64,000 nt of DNA, from the NCBI GenBank assembly GCA_031379665.1, contig JANNFI010000046.1, forward strand, positions 33,899 to 97,898, read 5' to 3'. The position numbers and the translations under genes were made by a program. How positions within the stretch are numbered: the stretch's first letter is position 1; every line of letters begins with the position of its first letter. Below, piece after piece: positions 22,012-32,396 of the stretch. This DNA is from Ignavibacteria bacterium. GTDB lineage: Bacteria > Bacteroidota > Ignavibacteria > UBA10030 > SZUA-254. The notes below the pieces were generated by a model. It saw nothing but the letters and a program-made list of their open reading frames with translations, ran no database searches and was not told the origin of the DNA.

Positions 22012-25000
22012 TCAGCGGATCAATAACATCTTCCGGACGGCGTTGAACTCTCCGGCCGTCAGGCGATAGAAGTATACCCCGGATGCGAGGTTTTCGGCGG
22101 AGATCGTCGTTGTATAATGCCCGGCGTCCTGCGAAGCGTCAAGGACTGTGGACACCTCTTCGCCGAGCGCGTCATACACCACGAGCCGCACCCTGCCGGC
22201 GCGCGGGAGGGTGTACGCGACGGTGGTCGTCGGGTTGAAGGGGTTCGGATAGTTCTGCAACAACGAGAACTCCTTCGGCACCCCGCGCGACCCCGCCACG
22301 AGGGTCAGGTTCTGCGCCTGCACCCGGCCGAGCGTGCGGCTGCCGCTCCCCTCGATTTCGGCGACCCATTCGCGGGCGTCTTCACCGGCGATTGAGGCCA
22401 GAGTGTAGACTGTGCCGGGGTCCCCCTTGATATCCCATCGTATGGTCACCGGGTACCGGGCCGACAGGATCCTCACCGGGTAGGACGATGCGGCGGCGTC
22501 CGGGGGATCGTGGAATTCAACCATCGAACCGGAGCCGAACCGCGCGTCGAAGCCGGCATCGGGCGGGACCGGCGGAAGTTCGAAGAGCTCCGGTGACGGA
22601 CTTCCGTCACTACGCCTTCCGAAGTAGAGTGTTTGCGATCTCCCCGCGCCATCCTCGATGCGGATGGAGCTCAAGTCCGCGAGAAGGTCCTTCGCCGAGG
22701 CCTTCGGCAATCCGCCGGGGACGTTCGACGGGACGTTCAGGTGGAGCGTGCCCGCCGCGTTGGACTTTATCCAGTACCCCCTTCCGGGGATGAGCGAATC
22801 GGCGGTGACGTACCCCGTGTCGTCGTAGGCGTAGAAGTTCGTCACAAGGATGGACCCGGGGTCGGTGGTGATCGATGAGACCGGCGTGATGAATGAGTTG
22901 GGGCCGATGATGTTCCACCGCTGCGCCACGGCGATCGAATCGGTGGAATCCGGAGTCCCGATGATGCTGTGGGCCGAGGCGGAGACGATTTTCGCCCAGT
23001 AGCCGGTCCTGTTCTCCATCGTGTCCGTCGGGACGAAACCCCCGTCGTATCCGTAGGCGCGGGAGTCGAGGAGCGACGACGGGAACACCCCGCTGATCGA
23101 CCGGTCGGGCACGTTCACCGGGAGCGACATCAGGTTCCACTTCTCGAAGAAATGATACGCAAAGGCGAAATTCGCGACATCGGGATGGAATGCGATTCCC
23201 TGAACGCTCGCGGTCCCCATCGGACCGATTTTCGTGCCGCCCCCGGTAAGCGTATCGATCAGGACCAGTTCATTTTGTGTCACTCCGGTACCGACCAGGC
23301 CGAAGAGGGTGCCGTTCGCGTCGAAGGCGATGTCGACCGTCTGGACGCCGAATCCAGTGGTCCCGACGAGGGTCAACGTCCCGGACGGAAGGCTTACCTT
23401 GTAGATTCCGTCTACAGGCACGCCGCTCTTTACGCTGGCCCAGAGTTCCCCCGTGACGGGGTTGAAGTCGATGCCGGCGAGTTGTTTTCCCGTCGAGGCG
23501 ACAAGGGTCGGAGTCCCCGTGGCCAGATCGACGGAGTAGATGCCACCGGTGATCCTCCCGACATAGAGCGTGTCGTCCCTGAAGGTCATCCCCTTCAGAA
23601 AATTGAGCGGGATCGTCGTAATTGTGTGCGCGTCGCCGAGGGAACTGTTGACCCTGACCACGTCGTACTCCGCGGCAGTCGTCGGCGAGTTGGTGGCGAG
23701 GCCCATCAGCTCACCCGTCGATGTCCTGACCCGGATGTTGACCAGCTGGTTGAACCCTGAGGTGCCGACCGGCGTCGTGGAGGCGTCGATCGGATCGACC
23801 GTCCGAATCCTGCCGAGGTCGATGACGCCTGAGCCGGAGTACATCGTCCCCGACGCGGCCGCGTCGATGATGAAACCGTTGCCGGAAACGGCGACCTTCA
23901 ACGCCGGCTGCACCGTGTCGTTGCTGTTCACCAGCACCGAATCGGTGAAGGAGCCGCGGTCAACCGGGACGAACCGCACCCAGAGCGTTTCCACCTCGAA
24001 CGTCGCGATCTTCAGCGGGTAGGCCGGTGTGTTGATGATGTGGAAATTGGAGTCCGGAAGGTCGATCGAGGCGACTTCGAGGGTGTCGATCCCGTTGTTC
24101 GTGAGCGTGAACGAGAGGCTGTCACTCGAATCGGTGACCTCCACTGTCCCGAATGACATCGAGTTGAGGTTCGAATAGATGTAGGCGCCCGGGAGCGGAC
24201 CCATCTTCACCATCGCGATCCTCGTGGCCCAGTCGTTCGTCGTGACGGCGTACTCGGTGTTCACCCAGATAGCCATCGAATCGGCGGGGTCGAGCGCGAT
24301 CCCCATGTAATCACCCCAGCGGTTGCGCCCGCCGCCGACGACGTTGTAGTTTCCAACCCCTTGCGCCAACGGGATACTCGGAGAAAGTCCGGGAGGGTCG
24401 GTATCCTTATGTCCCGCCACGAAGGCTCCGGGGTACTCGGTGAGCCCCGACCGGGAGTACGTGATGATGATGTTCTTGTCTGCGTCCACCATCAGTGCCG
24501 GATAGGCGTGCCAGAACCCCTCGGCCCCCATCGCGACGTCTTCGAGGTTCGTCGAGGTGTGGGGATTGATCCGGACATAACGGACGGCTGCGTAAGCGCT
24601 GTCGGTGCCGCTGGCAATGGAATGAACCATCCAGAGTGAACTGTCGCGGTAAACCGCCTTGTGCCGGATCGCGGCGCCACCCGTTTCGAGGGCAGTTCCG
24701 CCGCCCAGCTGGCTCGCGTTTCCCGGCGAGAGGTATCCCACAACGGAGATGTTTTCGCCCGTCATACTCGGGCTCCCGACCGGATCCAGGATCTTCCAGA
24801 CGCTAAAAAAGGTGCCCGGAGAGTAGGGGGACGCGTTCACCAGGTAGTGTTCGCCCGGAGAACCGTAGATGATGGAAGGCCGGACACCGTCGATCTTGAT
24901 CAAGGGATGGTCCGGTTCCCCGATGTTCCAGATGTCATCCCAGGAGACAGGGCCCGCGTCGTTGTTATAGAGCTGGGTTTTTTCGATGATCCGGACCCTT

Positions 25001-26202
25001 GAGTAGAGGAAACCCGGGTTGAATTCGCGGGAGGTTATGTAGATCGCCAGCGAGTCATAACCGATCTGAGGATAATCGGGCAGGTTACCGGTGAGGGAAT
25101 CTCCCAGACCGGCCGGCAGCGACCAGTTGTACCACGTCCCCATGGGGTCGGAATCGTCGGATACCGAGATCAGGAAACTGTACGGGGAGGCGAAATTCCC
25201 CCCCGCCATAATCCAGCGGTCGGTGAAATGATCGTAGAGGATCTGCGGGTCGCTGAAGCCGACCGGTGCGGCGACATTCGAAAACCAGGTGTTGAGGCTC
25301 CTTGTCTCGAGCAGGTTTCCGTCCTTGTCCCACACGTTGAAGTTTGAATTCACCATCCCGATGACGTGTCCGGGACCGACCGCGACGATCGGGTCGGGAG
25401 GGATGGCCCCGGTGCTGGTGTTCCCTATATGGTTTTTGAGCACAACCGGTTGCGCCGTTGCCACGGACTTCGAGCTGAGGCTCGGGTCCTTGAAGAAATT
25501 CGAGCCGATGGGGCCAGCGGCCGGGTGGACGTCGGCGGGAGCGGGGAAAAGGATCTGTGCCGGATTCAAAGACCCAACAGCGGGTTCGACGCCGATCGGT
25601 GAGGGGACGTTCTGCCCTCCGAGCACGCTCAGAACGATGGATGCCCCGCCCACGACCGATCCCGATTTTGGACCCGCGTACAGCGGATCGGGTACCGATT
25701 GGTAGACGTCCAACACGAGGTTCCCGCCCGTCGGAACGCCGCCGCTGGGCCCCCCTCCGTTCCACTCCGCGACGTGAACGTAGTAGGTCACCCCCGACTG
25801 AACCGTATATCCGATGATCGCCTGGCGGACGGTGCCGGGAACGATGTCATCGGCGCAATCCACTTCGACGAGGGCGCCGCACGACCCCGTGTACAGGCCG
25901 AGAGCGACGTCGTACGCGGCGGGTGTGCTGTTCGCGGTGCTGAATTTCACGTATTCCGTCACAAGCGGCGTGAAGGTGAACCACACGGTTTTCCCTCCGC
26001 CGGAATCAGCGCAGGCGAGGATCGGGTCGTTTGGATTCGGGGTCGCCAGAGCGGTGTTCTGCGAGTGGGTGAACGGAAGGCCGGTGACGAGCACCGCGCC
26101 CGCGCACGAATCGTTCGCCGGAATCTGGGCGAATGAACCGGTCGCGCCCCACAGGAGGAGCAGCACGACAGCGATCGAAAAATGGTAGAAGTGGATTATC
26201 AT
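22012..26202 (-). CDS. Very large (1396 aa) secreted multi-domain protein with T9SS C-terminal domain.
   Basis: Signal peptide; Cys-containing N-terminal domain (NDSCAGAVLV...CADSGGGKTVWFTF); internal WNLMSLPV / YAYDDTGY / PGRGYWIK and ELPPVPPDAGFDARF modules; C-terminal LQNYPNPFNPTTTVAY...LVVYDALGEEV. Confidence 0.7.
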   Translation of the reverse strand: MIIHFYHFSIAVVLLLLWGATGSFAQIPANDSCAGAVLVTGLPFTHSQNTALATPNPNDPILACADSGGGKTVWFTFTPLVTEYVKFSTANSTPAAYDVALGLYTGSCGALVEVDCADDIVPGTVRQAIIGYTVQSGVTYYVHVAEWNGGGPSGGVPTGGNLVLDVYQSVPDPLYAGPKSGSVVGGASIVLSVLGGQNVPSPIGVEPAVGSLNPAQILFPAPADVHPAAGPIGSNFFKDPSLSSKSVATAQPVVLKNHIGNTSTGAIPPDPIVAVGPGHVIGMVNSNFNVWDKDGNLLETRSLNTWFSNVAAPVGFSDPQILYDHFTDRWIMAGGNFASPYSFLISVSDDSDPMGTWYNWSLPAGLGDSLTGNLPDYPQIGYDSLAIYITSREFNPGFLYSRVRIIEKTQLYNNDAGPVSWDDIWNIGEPDHPLIKIDGVRPSIIYGSPGEHYLVNASPYSPGTFFSVWKILDPVGSPSMTGENISVVGYLSPGNASQLGGGTALETGGAAIRHKAVYRDSSLWMVHSIASGTDSAYAAVRYVRINPHTSTNLEDVAMGAEGFWHAYPALMVDADKNIIITYSRSGLTEYPGAFVAGHKDTDPPGLSPSIPLAQGVGNYNVVGGGRNRWGDYMGIALDPADSMAIWVNTEYAVTTNDWATRIAMVKMGPLPGAYIYSNLNSMSFGTVEVTDSSDSLSFTLTNNGIDTLEVASIDLPDSNFHIINTPAYPLKIATFEVETLWVRFVPVDRGSFTDSVLVNSNDTVQPALKVAVSGNGFIIDAAASGTMYSGSGVIDLGRIRTVDPIDASTTPVGTSGFNQLVNIRVRTSTGELMGLATNSPTTAAEYDVVRVNSSLGDAHTITTIPLNFLKGMTFRDDTLYVGRITGGIYSVDLATGTPTLVASTGKQLAGIDFNPVTGELWASVKSGVPVDGIYKVSLPSGTLTLVGTTGFGVQTVDIAFDANGTLFGLVGTGVTQNELVLIDTLTGGGTKIGPMGTASVQGIAFHPDVANFAFAYHFFEKWNLMSLPVNVPDRSISGVFPSSLLDSRAYGYDGGFVPTDTMENRTGYWAKIVSASAHSIIGTPDSTDSIAVAQRWNIIGPNSFITPVSSITTDPGSILVTNFYAYDDTGYVTADSLIPGRGYWIKSNAAGTLHLNVPSNVPGGLPKASAKDLLADLSSIRIEDGAGRSQTLYFGRRSDGSPSPELFELPPVPPDAGFDARFGSGSMVEFHDPPDAAASSYPVRILSARYPVTIRWDIKGDPGTVYTLASIAGEDAREWVAEIEGSGSRTLGRVQAQNLTLVAGSRGVPKEFSLLQNYPNPFNPTTTVAYTLPRAGRVRLVVYDALGEEVSTVLDASQDAGHYTTTISAENLASGVYFYRLTAGEFNAVRKMLLIR

Positions 26203-26438
26203 CGGGAATATCCTTAGTTGACAACGGTGGAAGCGACAGCACCGTGGCGGCGGGCACCGGGTGTCGGGGGAAAAGATATACCTTGAGTATACTCATTTGG
26301 GCGAAAAAGGTCAATATCCCCCGTCGACTATTTCAGGATTACAGACGGTTCCCGGCTCCGGATGCGGGCGGCCTCTTGGCACCCGGCTCACCTCGCATCG
26401 GATAATTCAGGTCATTGCGGTGCATCGAGGGACCAGCG

Positions 26439-27662
26439 TTATTTGCGTAAATCATCCCTGCGCCCTGGCCTGCGACCTTCGGGACTGGCCGGCGACGGCT
26501 CCCACGTGGCGGCCGGCAACGCGGCCGACCCGGTCGGGGCGAGGACGATCGAACCTCCGCTGCCCGACCGCACCCAGTAGGCCTTCCCCGGGCGAATCGT
26601 GTCTGCCGCCTGATAACCGTCGTCGTACCCGAAGATCATCCCGGTGATGTGACCGTCCGGAATTTGCACGATCCCATCGACCGGCACCGGCTCGGCGATT
26701 GATCCGAACAGATTCCATCCCGGCTGGAGTTCGATGGTGTCCGGGTGCGTCGCCTGTCCCGTAAACGCCACTGTGTCCATCCCATCGAACCGGATCCAGT
26801 AGCCGGCCCCCGGCACCGCCACCGTCTCGGCGAGGTATCCGCCATCGTACGCGTAGAGCGGCGTCGCGGCGTCCGGGAACAACGCTGTCGCAGATGGTTC
26901 CGCGACGCTGACCGGAAGCGAGACGAGGTTCCATCTTACGTCGTAGGCGACCATCACCACGACGTCTCCTCCCGGGCCTTCCGTTCCGGACGAATCGTTC
27001 TGCGGTTCCGGGTCCCTCCGGATGAAGTCCGCCCCATTCTCGTCCGAGTCCCTCCCGTTCCCTGAAAGTTCGTCAGCACCGCCCGGCGACATCGAGGCGG
27101 CGTCCGAGGCGGCGTCGGCCTTCCTCTCGACGCTCACGGTGTTGCCGGGCGCCGGGGCCGCGCCCGTTCCCTCGAAGAGATTTGCCGTGCCGTAGCCGAC
27201 AAAATCCACGACTCCCGGACCCACCGGCCCCGCGACGGGGATCGAGTCCGAACAGAGCGCGATCTTTCCCGCAGTGGCGGCCAGGGAGATCGCCGCGACG
27301 GCGTCAGGGGACGGCAACGGAGCCGCTCCCCCGCTCCCGGGGTTCGCCTGGACGAGAAAGAAACCGTTTGCGCGAATAGTCCCCGAGAATTTGGCGACGG
27401 CCGTGAACGGTCCACTCCCCCCTCCCCCCTGGTACTGGATGGACCAGCCGCCCATCACGATGTCGGATGCCGTTGGATTATACAACTCGATGAAATCGTG
27501 CGTGAACGGCGCGCCGCTGTTGCCCCCGCCGCCGTAGACCTCGCTGATCACGACGTGGGAGAGCGGCTGGGCGTTGACGGGGAACGTGACGAACAGGAGC
27601 AGCGCGAAAACGAATACACGACCTCCGATACGACGAAATGGATTGCACTGACGCATGGACAC
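26439..27662 (-). CDS. Secreted lamin-tail-domain (LTD) protein with two copies of the WN(L/I)xSLPV/YxYDxGY/PGxxYW(V/I)R module; no T9SS tail.
   Basis: Signal peptide; VISEVYGGGGNSGAPFTHDFIELYNPT matches the LTD signature; module copies at VRWNLVSLPV...YAYDGGY...PGAGYWIRF and PGWNLFGSIA...FGYDDGY...PGKAYWVRS. Confidence 0.6.
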   Translation of the reverse strand: MSMRQCNPFRRIGGRVFVFALLLFVTFPVNAQPLSHVVISEVYGGGGNSGAPFTHDFIELYNPTASDIVMGGWSIQYQGGGGSGPFTAVAKFSGTIRANGFFLVQANPGSGGAAPLPSPDAVAAISLAATAGKIALCSDSIPVAGPVGPGVVDFVGYGTANLFEGTGAAPAPGNTVSVERKADAASDAASMSPGGADELSGNGRDSDENGADFIRRDPEPQNDSSGTEGPGGDVVVMVAYDVRWNLVSLPVSVAEPSATALFPDAATPLYAYDGGYLAETVAVPGAGYWIRFDGMDTVAFTGQATHPDTIELQPGWNLFGSIAEPVPVDGIVQIPDGHITGMIFGYDDGYQAADTIRPGKAYWVRSGSGGSIVLAPTGSAALPAATWEPSPASPEGRRPGRRDDLRK

Positions 27663-27829
27663 CTCCCGGAATGATCTGTTGAACGATGCGGTCCGCGGGA
27701 GGTCCGCCGTGCGGAAAAATCGAACCAGGAATTAAGGGAGGAACAAGATAGGAGGATGACGCCGCCCGGTCAAGGGGGATTCAATGAGAACTCCGTGAGA
27801 AAACGGAAGCCCGGAGTGGGGGTAGTGCC

Positions 27830-30007
27830 CTACCTCACGAGGACGAGGTTTTGCGTCTCGATGTATTCGGTGGTGATGACCATATAGAAATAGACCCCGC
27901 TCGGAACCGGTTGGCCCCCCGAGTCCAGTCCATCCCAACCGGGCGCGCCGTTGTCGCGGCTGTAACTCCCCGCGGGAAACGTCCCTGCGATAATTACCCG
28001 GACCAGCTGCCCGAGCGCATCGTAGATCTGGACACTTACCGGAGACTCCTGGCCGAGGTTGAACGGCAGGAAGGCCACCCCGTCCCGTCGCGGGACGAAC
28101 GGGTTCGGCTGGCTCTGTCCGACGTGATCGACTTTGGCGTTCCGCGGGGGGGGTGGCGGAGGTTCCGGCGGAAGGTCGCCGCCGCCATCGGTTGTGCGCA
28201 GGATGGTGCCGCTCCCGCCGACCACCCATCCGTTAACCGAATCGGTGAAGGAAATGCTGTACATCACCCGGTCGGTCCTCGAGTCGAGTTCGAACCAGTT
28301 GCTCCCGCCGTCGAGTGTCCGCAGGATGGTCCCCGAACCGCCGGTGAGCCAGCCTCTGCGGTGGTCGGTGAAAGTGACGTCGAGGAAATGCACGCTGCCG
28401 CGGGAAGGATTGTTCTGGGACCTCCAGGTGAGGCCGCCATCGGTCGTCTTGATGATCCTGTGAAATTTACCCACGGCCCATCCCGTGTCCCGGTCGGTGA
28501 ACCAGAGGGAGAGCAGTGTGCGCGCGTCCTGGGCGACGGAGTCCCACGTGGCGCCGCGGTTGGTCGTCCGGAATATGGTCGTAAGTTCGTTCAGGTCGCC
28601 GTAGTTTCCGAGGAGCCAGCCGAGCGAGTCGGCGGCGAAGTACATCGCGACATAGGAATAATTGGTGTCGCCGGGGTCGTCGTCATTCCAGGTGTTTCCT
28701 CCGTCGGTGGTTTTCAGCCTGGTCCCCTCCTCCCCGAGCACCCAACCGGTCGAGGCGTCGAGGAAGTAGACCGACGCGAGGGCGCCGCCTGCGCCGAGCG
28801 AGTCGACCGACCAGCTGAACCCGTCGGTCGTCTGGATGACCGTGCCCGCGTCCCCGACTGCCCACCCGGCTGTGGGTGAAGTGAAGAAGACCGAACGAAG
28901 CGACGTTGCCACCGGGGCCGGGTCCTTGATCCAGTTCTGGCCGCCGTTGAGGGTCCGCATCACGGTCCCGAGCGCCCCGACGCACCAGCCGACCTGACCG
29001 TTGAGGAAATAACTGTCGTAGAGGTCGGTAGTGGCGTTGTCGGCGAGCCGTGTCCAGGTCGCGCCGTTGTCGACGGTTTGGGTGATCACGCCGTTGTTGC
29101 CGACGACCCAGCCCCTGCTGAGCGAGGGAAATGCCAGGGCGTTCAGGGTGTTCACCGAGTCGAGGATCTTCGGAATCCAGGAAAAGCCGCCGTTGGTCGT
29201 GGAGAGGAAATACTTGTCGGCCACGGCGTACCCGATCGCCGGGTTGGAAAATTGAACGTCTGATATGGTGGTCGGAACGAGCGTGAACTGCTGGTGCCAG
29301 CTTGTCCCGCCGTCCGACGTCGTCAGCATTGCGCCACCCGTCCCGCCGACCCAGCCTGTGTCCGGCGAGGTGAAGTGGACCGCATGGTAGTCGCGGCCGA
29401 TGATCGTGTCGGGGACGGGAAACCACGAAATGCCCGCGTCGATGGTCTTGATGATGACACCGCCGTCACCCACGGCGTACCCCGTCAGTCCGTTCGCGAA
29501 GGAGATGTCACGCAGAGTGTAGGCCGTACCGGAGGCGACCAGCTGCCACTGCAGGCCGGCATCGGTCGAGCGAAGGATCGCCCCGCCGTCCCCCACGATG
29601 AACCCGGTACCGGAGCCGATGGCAGTCGTCCCGTGGAACGTCCCGACGGTTACGGCCGAGTTGCGGGCGATCCAGTTGGAACCGCCGTCGGAGGTGAGGT
29701 AGATCGAGGCGTCAGATCCGACGACCCATCCCCGGGTCGCTGAGACGAACTGCAAGGCGTGCAGGCTCGTCCCGACGTCGGCGATGTTGGTGCTGGTCCA
29801 CGTCGCGCCGCCGTTCGTCGTCTTTAGGAATGTCGACGCAGAGCCGGCAATCAGGAAAGTGTTGATGTCGATCGCCTGCACGGCCCTGAGGCTGTTCCCC
29901 TGCGGGAGGGGATTCTGCCATTCCCAGCGTTCTGCCTGGGCGGGAAGCGCCGCAACACACGCGAGCGAAAGAGCGAGAATGTGGAGCGTCCGTCGGATCA
30001 TCATCAT
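27830..30007 (-). CDS. Secreted Ycf48/BNR-like beta-propeller protein with T9SS C-terminal domain.
   Basis: Signal peptide; many (T/S)xDGGxxW repeats (TTNGGATW, TSDGGSNW, STDAGLQW...); C-terminal SQPNPFVP...VQIYDALGQLV. Confidence 0.7.
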   Translation of the reverse strand: MMMIRRTLHILALSLACVAALPAQAERWEWQNPLPQGNSLRAVQAIDINTFLIAGSASTFLKTTNGGATWTSTNIADVGTSLHALQFVSATRGWVVGSDASIYLTSDGGSNWIARNSAVTVGTFHGTTAIGSGTGFIVGDGGAILRSTDAGLQWQLVASGTAYTLRDISFANGLTGYAVGDGGVIIKTIDAGISWFPVPDTIIGRDYHAVHFTSPDTGWVGGTGGAMLTTSDGGTSWHQQFTLVPTTISDVQFSNPAIGYAVADKYFLSTTNGGFSWIPKILDSVNTLNALAFPSLSRGWVVGNNGVITQTVDNGATWTRLADNATTDLYDSYFLNGQVGWCVGALGTVMRTLNGGQNWIKDPAPVATSLRSVFFTSPTAGWAVGDAGTVIQTTDGFSWSVDSLGAGGALASVYFLDASTGWVLGEEGTRLKTTDGGNTWNDDDPGDTNYSYVAMYFAADSLGWLLGNYGDLNELTTIFRTTNRGATWDSVAQDARTLLSLWFTDRDTGWAVGKFHRIIKTTDGGLTWRSQNNPSRGSVHFLDVTFTDHRRGWLTGGSGTILRTLDGGSNWFELDSRTDRVMYSISFTDSVNGWVVGGSGTILRTTDGGGDLPPEPPPPPPRNAKVDHVGQSQPNPFVPRRDGVAFLPFNLGQESPVSVQIYDALGQLVRVIIAGTFPAGSYSRDNGAPGWDGLDSGGQPVPSGVYFYMVITTEYIETQNLVLVR

Positions 30008-30008
30008 C

Positions 30009-32309
30009 CTACTTCAACAGGATCATCTTCTTCATTTCGTCCCCGGAACGGTCGCTGGTCGCGATCCGGTAGAGGTAGACGCCCGAGGACAGGTCCATGC
30101 CCCTGACGTCTCGCGAGTCGAAGACCACCGCATGGACTCCCGCCTCGAGCGGTTCGTTGTTCAGGACCGTCGCGACCTGCCTGCCCAGGACGTCAAAGAC
30201 CGTGACCGTCACCGCGGTCTGTCGAAGGAGCGTGAAACTGATCGTCGTCGCAGGGTTGAAGGGGTTCGGATAGTTTGCCGCTTCGGTGACGGAACCGGGG
30301 TGCGCCACCGGCTGCATTTCAAACGGGCCGGGAGGAGTGTTTTTCAGGATCGCGCCGTTCGAACCGACGACCCACGCGTTCTGCGCGTCGAGGACGTGCA
30401 TGCCGAAGAGGACCCTGGAAGTCCCGGACACCTGTTTCTGCCAGAGGGCACCGCCGTTGGTGCTCTTCAGGATCGTGCCCGTATAACCGGAGGCCCAGGC
30501 CGTGTTCGCGTCCACCGCGCCGACGCCCCGCAGCGAGAGGCTCACACCGGAGCTCTGGTTCGACCAGGTGAGGCCGCCGTTGGTCGTCGCGAAGATGGTC
30601 CCGCGGTCGCCGACAGCCCATCCGTGCGTCGCCGAGACGAAATCGACGGCACGGAGCGCCCGCTGGATCGGGGTGGTCTGCGTCGTCCAGGAGGAACCGC
30701 CGTCGGTCGTGGCGATCACGGCGCCCGAGGCCCCGACCGCCCAGCCGGTTTGCGTCGAGACGAAGTCGAGGCTGTATAAATTCTTACCGATGCTCGTCAG
30801 AAGCCGCGCCCAGGTCAACCCGCCGTCGGTCGACTTGAAGATCTTGCCGCGGTTACCGGCGATGAACCCGGTATCAGGATCCGCGAAACGAATCGCGTTA
30901 TACGAGAGCCGGTTCCCCGTCGCTATCGCGGTCCAGCTCGAACCGCCGTTGGTCGTCCTCAGGATCAGTCCCGACCGCCCGACGACCCAACCGAGGTTTG
31001 CATTGATGAAGTGCACGCCCGCAAGGTGTTTCGTGAACCCGGAGCTCTGCTGTGACCAGGTGGCGCCCCCGTTGCTCGTATGGAGAATAATCCCCCTCAC
31101 CCCGACGGCCCATCCGTTCATCGCATCGGGGAAGTGAATCGACGTGAGGTACGACGCGATCGGCGTTTCGTGGTAGATTTTCGTCCAGGTGGCCCCCGCG
31201 TTGGTCGTGCGGTAGATCTGCCCGAAGGTCCCGACGACCCAGCCGGTCGTGGGGGTGACGAATTTCACGGAGGAGAGCGTACGAACGGTGCCGGAGCTGA
31301 GCGGCGTCCACACCCCGCCGGCGTTTGTGGTCTTGAAAATCCGACCCGCTTCCCCGACCGCGTATCCGGTCGAGGAAGAGGTGAAATGCACGTCGGTCAG
31401 GAGACCAGAGCTCAGTGCCGGGAACGTCAGCCAGGTGGTCCCCCCGTTGGACGTCGCGATAACCGTGCCCTGCTGGCCAACAGCGAACCCGAGGAGAGAG
31501 TCCACGAACCAGACCGCGTTCAGGTGCCGGATGGTGCCGCTCGTCTGTAGGCCCCACGTGGCGCCCCCGTCGGTCGTGGCATACACCGTTCCACTGTCAC
31601 CGACGATCCAACCCCGCAATGCGGTGGCAAAGGTGACATCGTTGAACCGTCTCGTTGTCGGCAGGAGGAGCGATTGCCAGCTCGTGCCGCCGTCGAACGT
31701 GTACCTGATCGTACCCGAAGCACCGACCGCCCAACCCGTGTTGGCGTTGAGGAAATGGACGCTCATCAGGGGACGGGCAGTGAACGAATTCTGGGCGATC
31801 CAGGTGATCCCGCCATCGGTAGTCTTGACGATCGCGCCGTTCGTGCCCACCGCGAAGGCGAGATCCGGGGTCACCATGTCCATCGCGAAGAGCGCGCCGG
31901 TCACGCCTCCCGTCTGATATTCGGCGTTCCAACTGGCGCCGGCGTCTCTGGTCCGAACGAAGGTCCCGATCTGGCCCACCGCCATCATCGAATCGGCGTG
32001 GAGCGCGTCGACGCTGTAGAGATGATTGCCGGTCGGCCCGGGGTTCTGCCACTGCCAGGCGGGATTCGTCGTGTCGAAGTAGAGGCGGCTGTCGAACGTC
32101 TCGGCCGAGAATTCCCGCTCGAAATCGAACGACTCATCCTGGAGGAGGAGTTCGGCGTCCTCGGCGCTCAGGTCGTCGTCGGGATCCTCGTCCTGGGCTG
32201 CCGCCGGCAGCATCACGAGCAGCACGAGCAGCGCCGCGGTGAGCCCGCGGAAAAACCACGCACGGCGGACGGCGTCCGCTCCGTGTGAAAGAACCGTCTG
32301 GTTTTTCAT
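30009..32309 (-). CDS. Secreted Ycf48/BNR-like beta-propeller protein, tandem paralog of the previous gene, with T9SS C-terminal domain.
   Basis: Same TxDGGxTW repeat architecture; C-terminal ANYPNPFNPATTISF...VTVFDVLGRQV; its stop is 1 nt from the previous gene's start. Confidence 0.7.
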   Translation of the reverse strand: MKNQTVLSHGADAVRRAWFFRGLTAALLVLLVMLPAAAQDEDPDDDLSAEDAELLLQDESFDFEREFSAETFDSRLYFDTTNPAWQWQNPGPTGNHLYSVDALHADSMMAVGQIGTFVRTRDAGASWNAEYQTGGVTGALFAMDMVTPDLAFAVGTNGAIVKTTDGGITWIAQNSFTARPLMSVHFLNANTGWAVGASGTIRYTFDGGTSWQSLLLPTTRRFNDVTFATALRGWIVGDSGTVYATTDGGATWGLQTSGTIRHLNAVWFVDSLLGFAVGQQGTVIATSNGGTTWLTFPALSSGLLTDVHFTSSSTGYAVGEAGRIFKTTNAGGVWTPLSSGTVRTLSSVKFVTPTTGWVVGTFGQIYRTTNAGATWTKIYHETPIASYLTSIHFPDAMNGWAVGVRGIILHTSNGGATWSQQSSGFTKHLAGVHFINANLGWVVGRSGLILRTTNGGSSWTAIATGNRLSYNAIRFADPDTGFIAGNRGKIFKSTDGGLTWARLLTSIGKNLYSLDFVSTQTGWAVGASGAVIATTDGGSSWTTQTTPIQRALRAVDFVSATHGWAVGDRGTIFATTNGGLTWSNQSSGVSLSLRGVGAVDANTAWASGYTGTILKSTNGGALWQKQVSGTSRVLFGMHVLDAQNAWVVGSNGAILKNTPPGPFEMQPVAHPGSVTEAANYPNPFNPATTISFTLLRQTAVTVTVFDVLGRQVATVLNNEPLEAGVHAVVFDSRDVRGMDLSSGVYLYRIATSDRSGDEMKKMILLK

Positions 32310-32396
32310 AAGCCCTCCATCTGGTTGATACCGATGAGTACCAGATGATTATCAGATGATGATCCGATGCACCCCCCTCGGGGGGACGGGGTGCGG

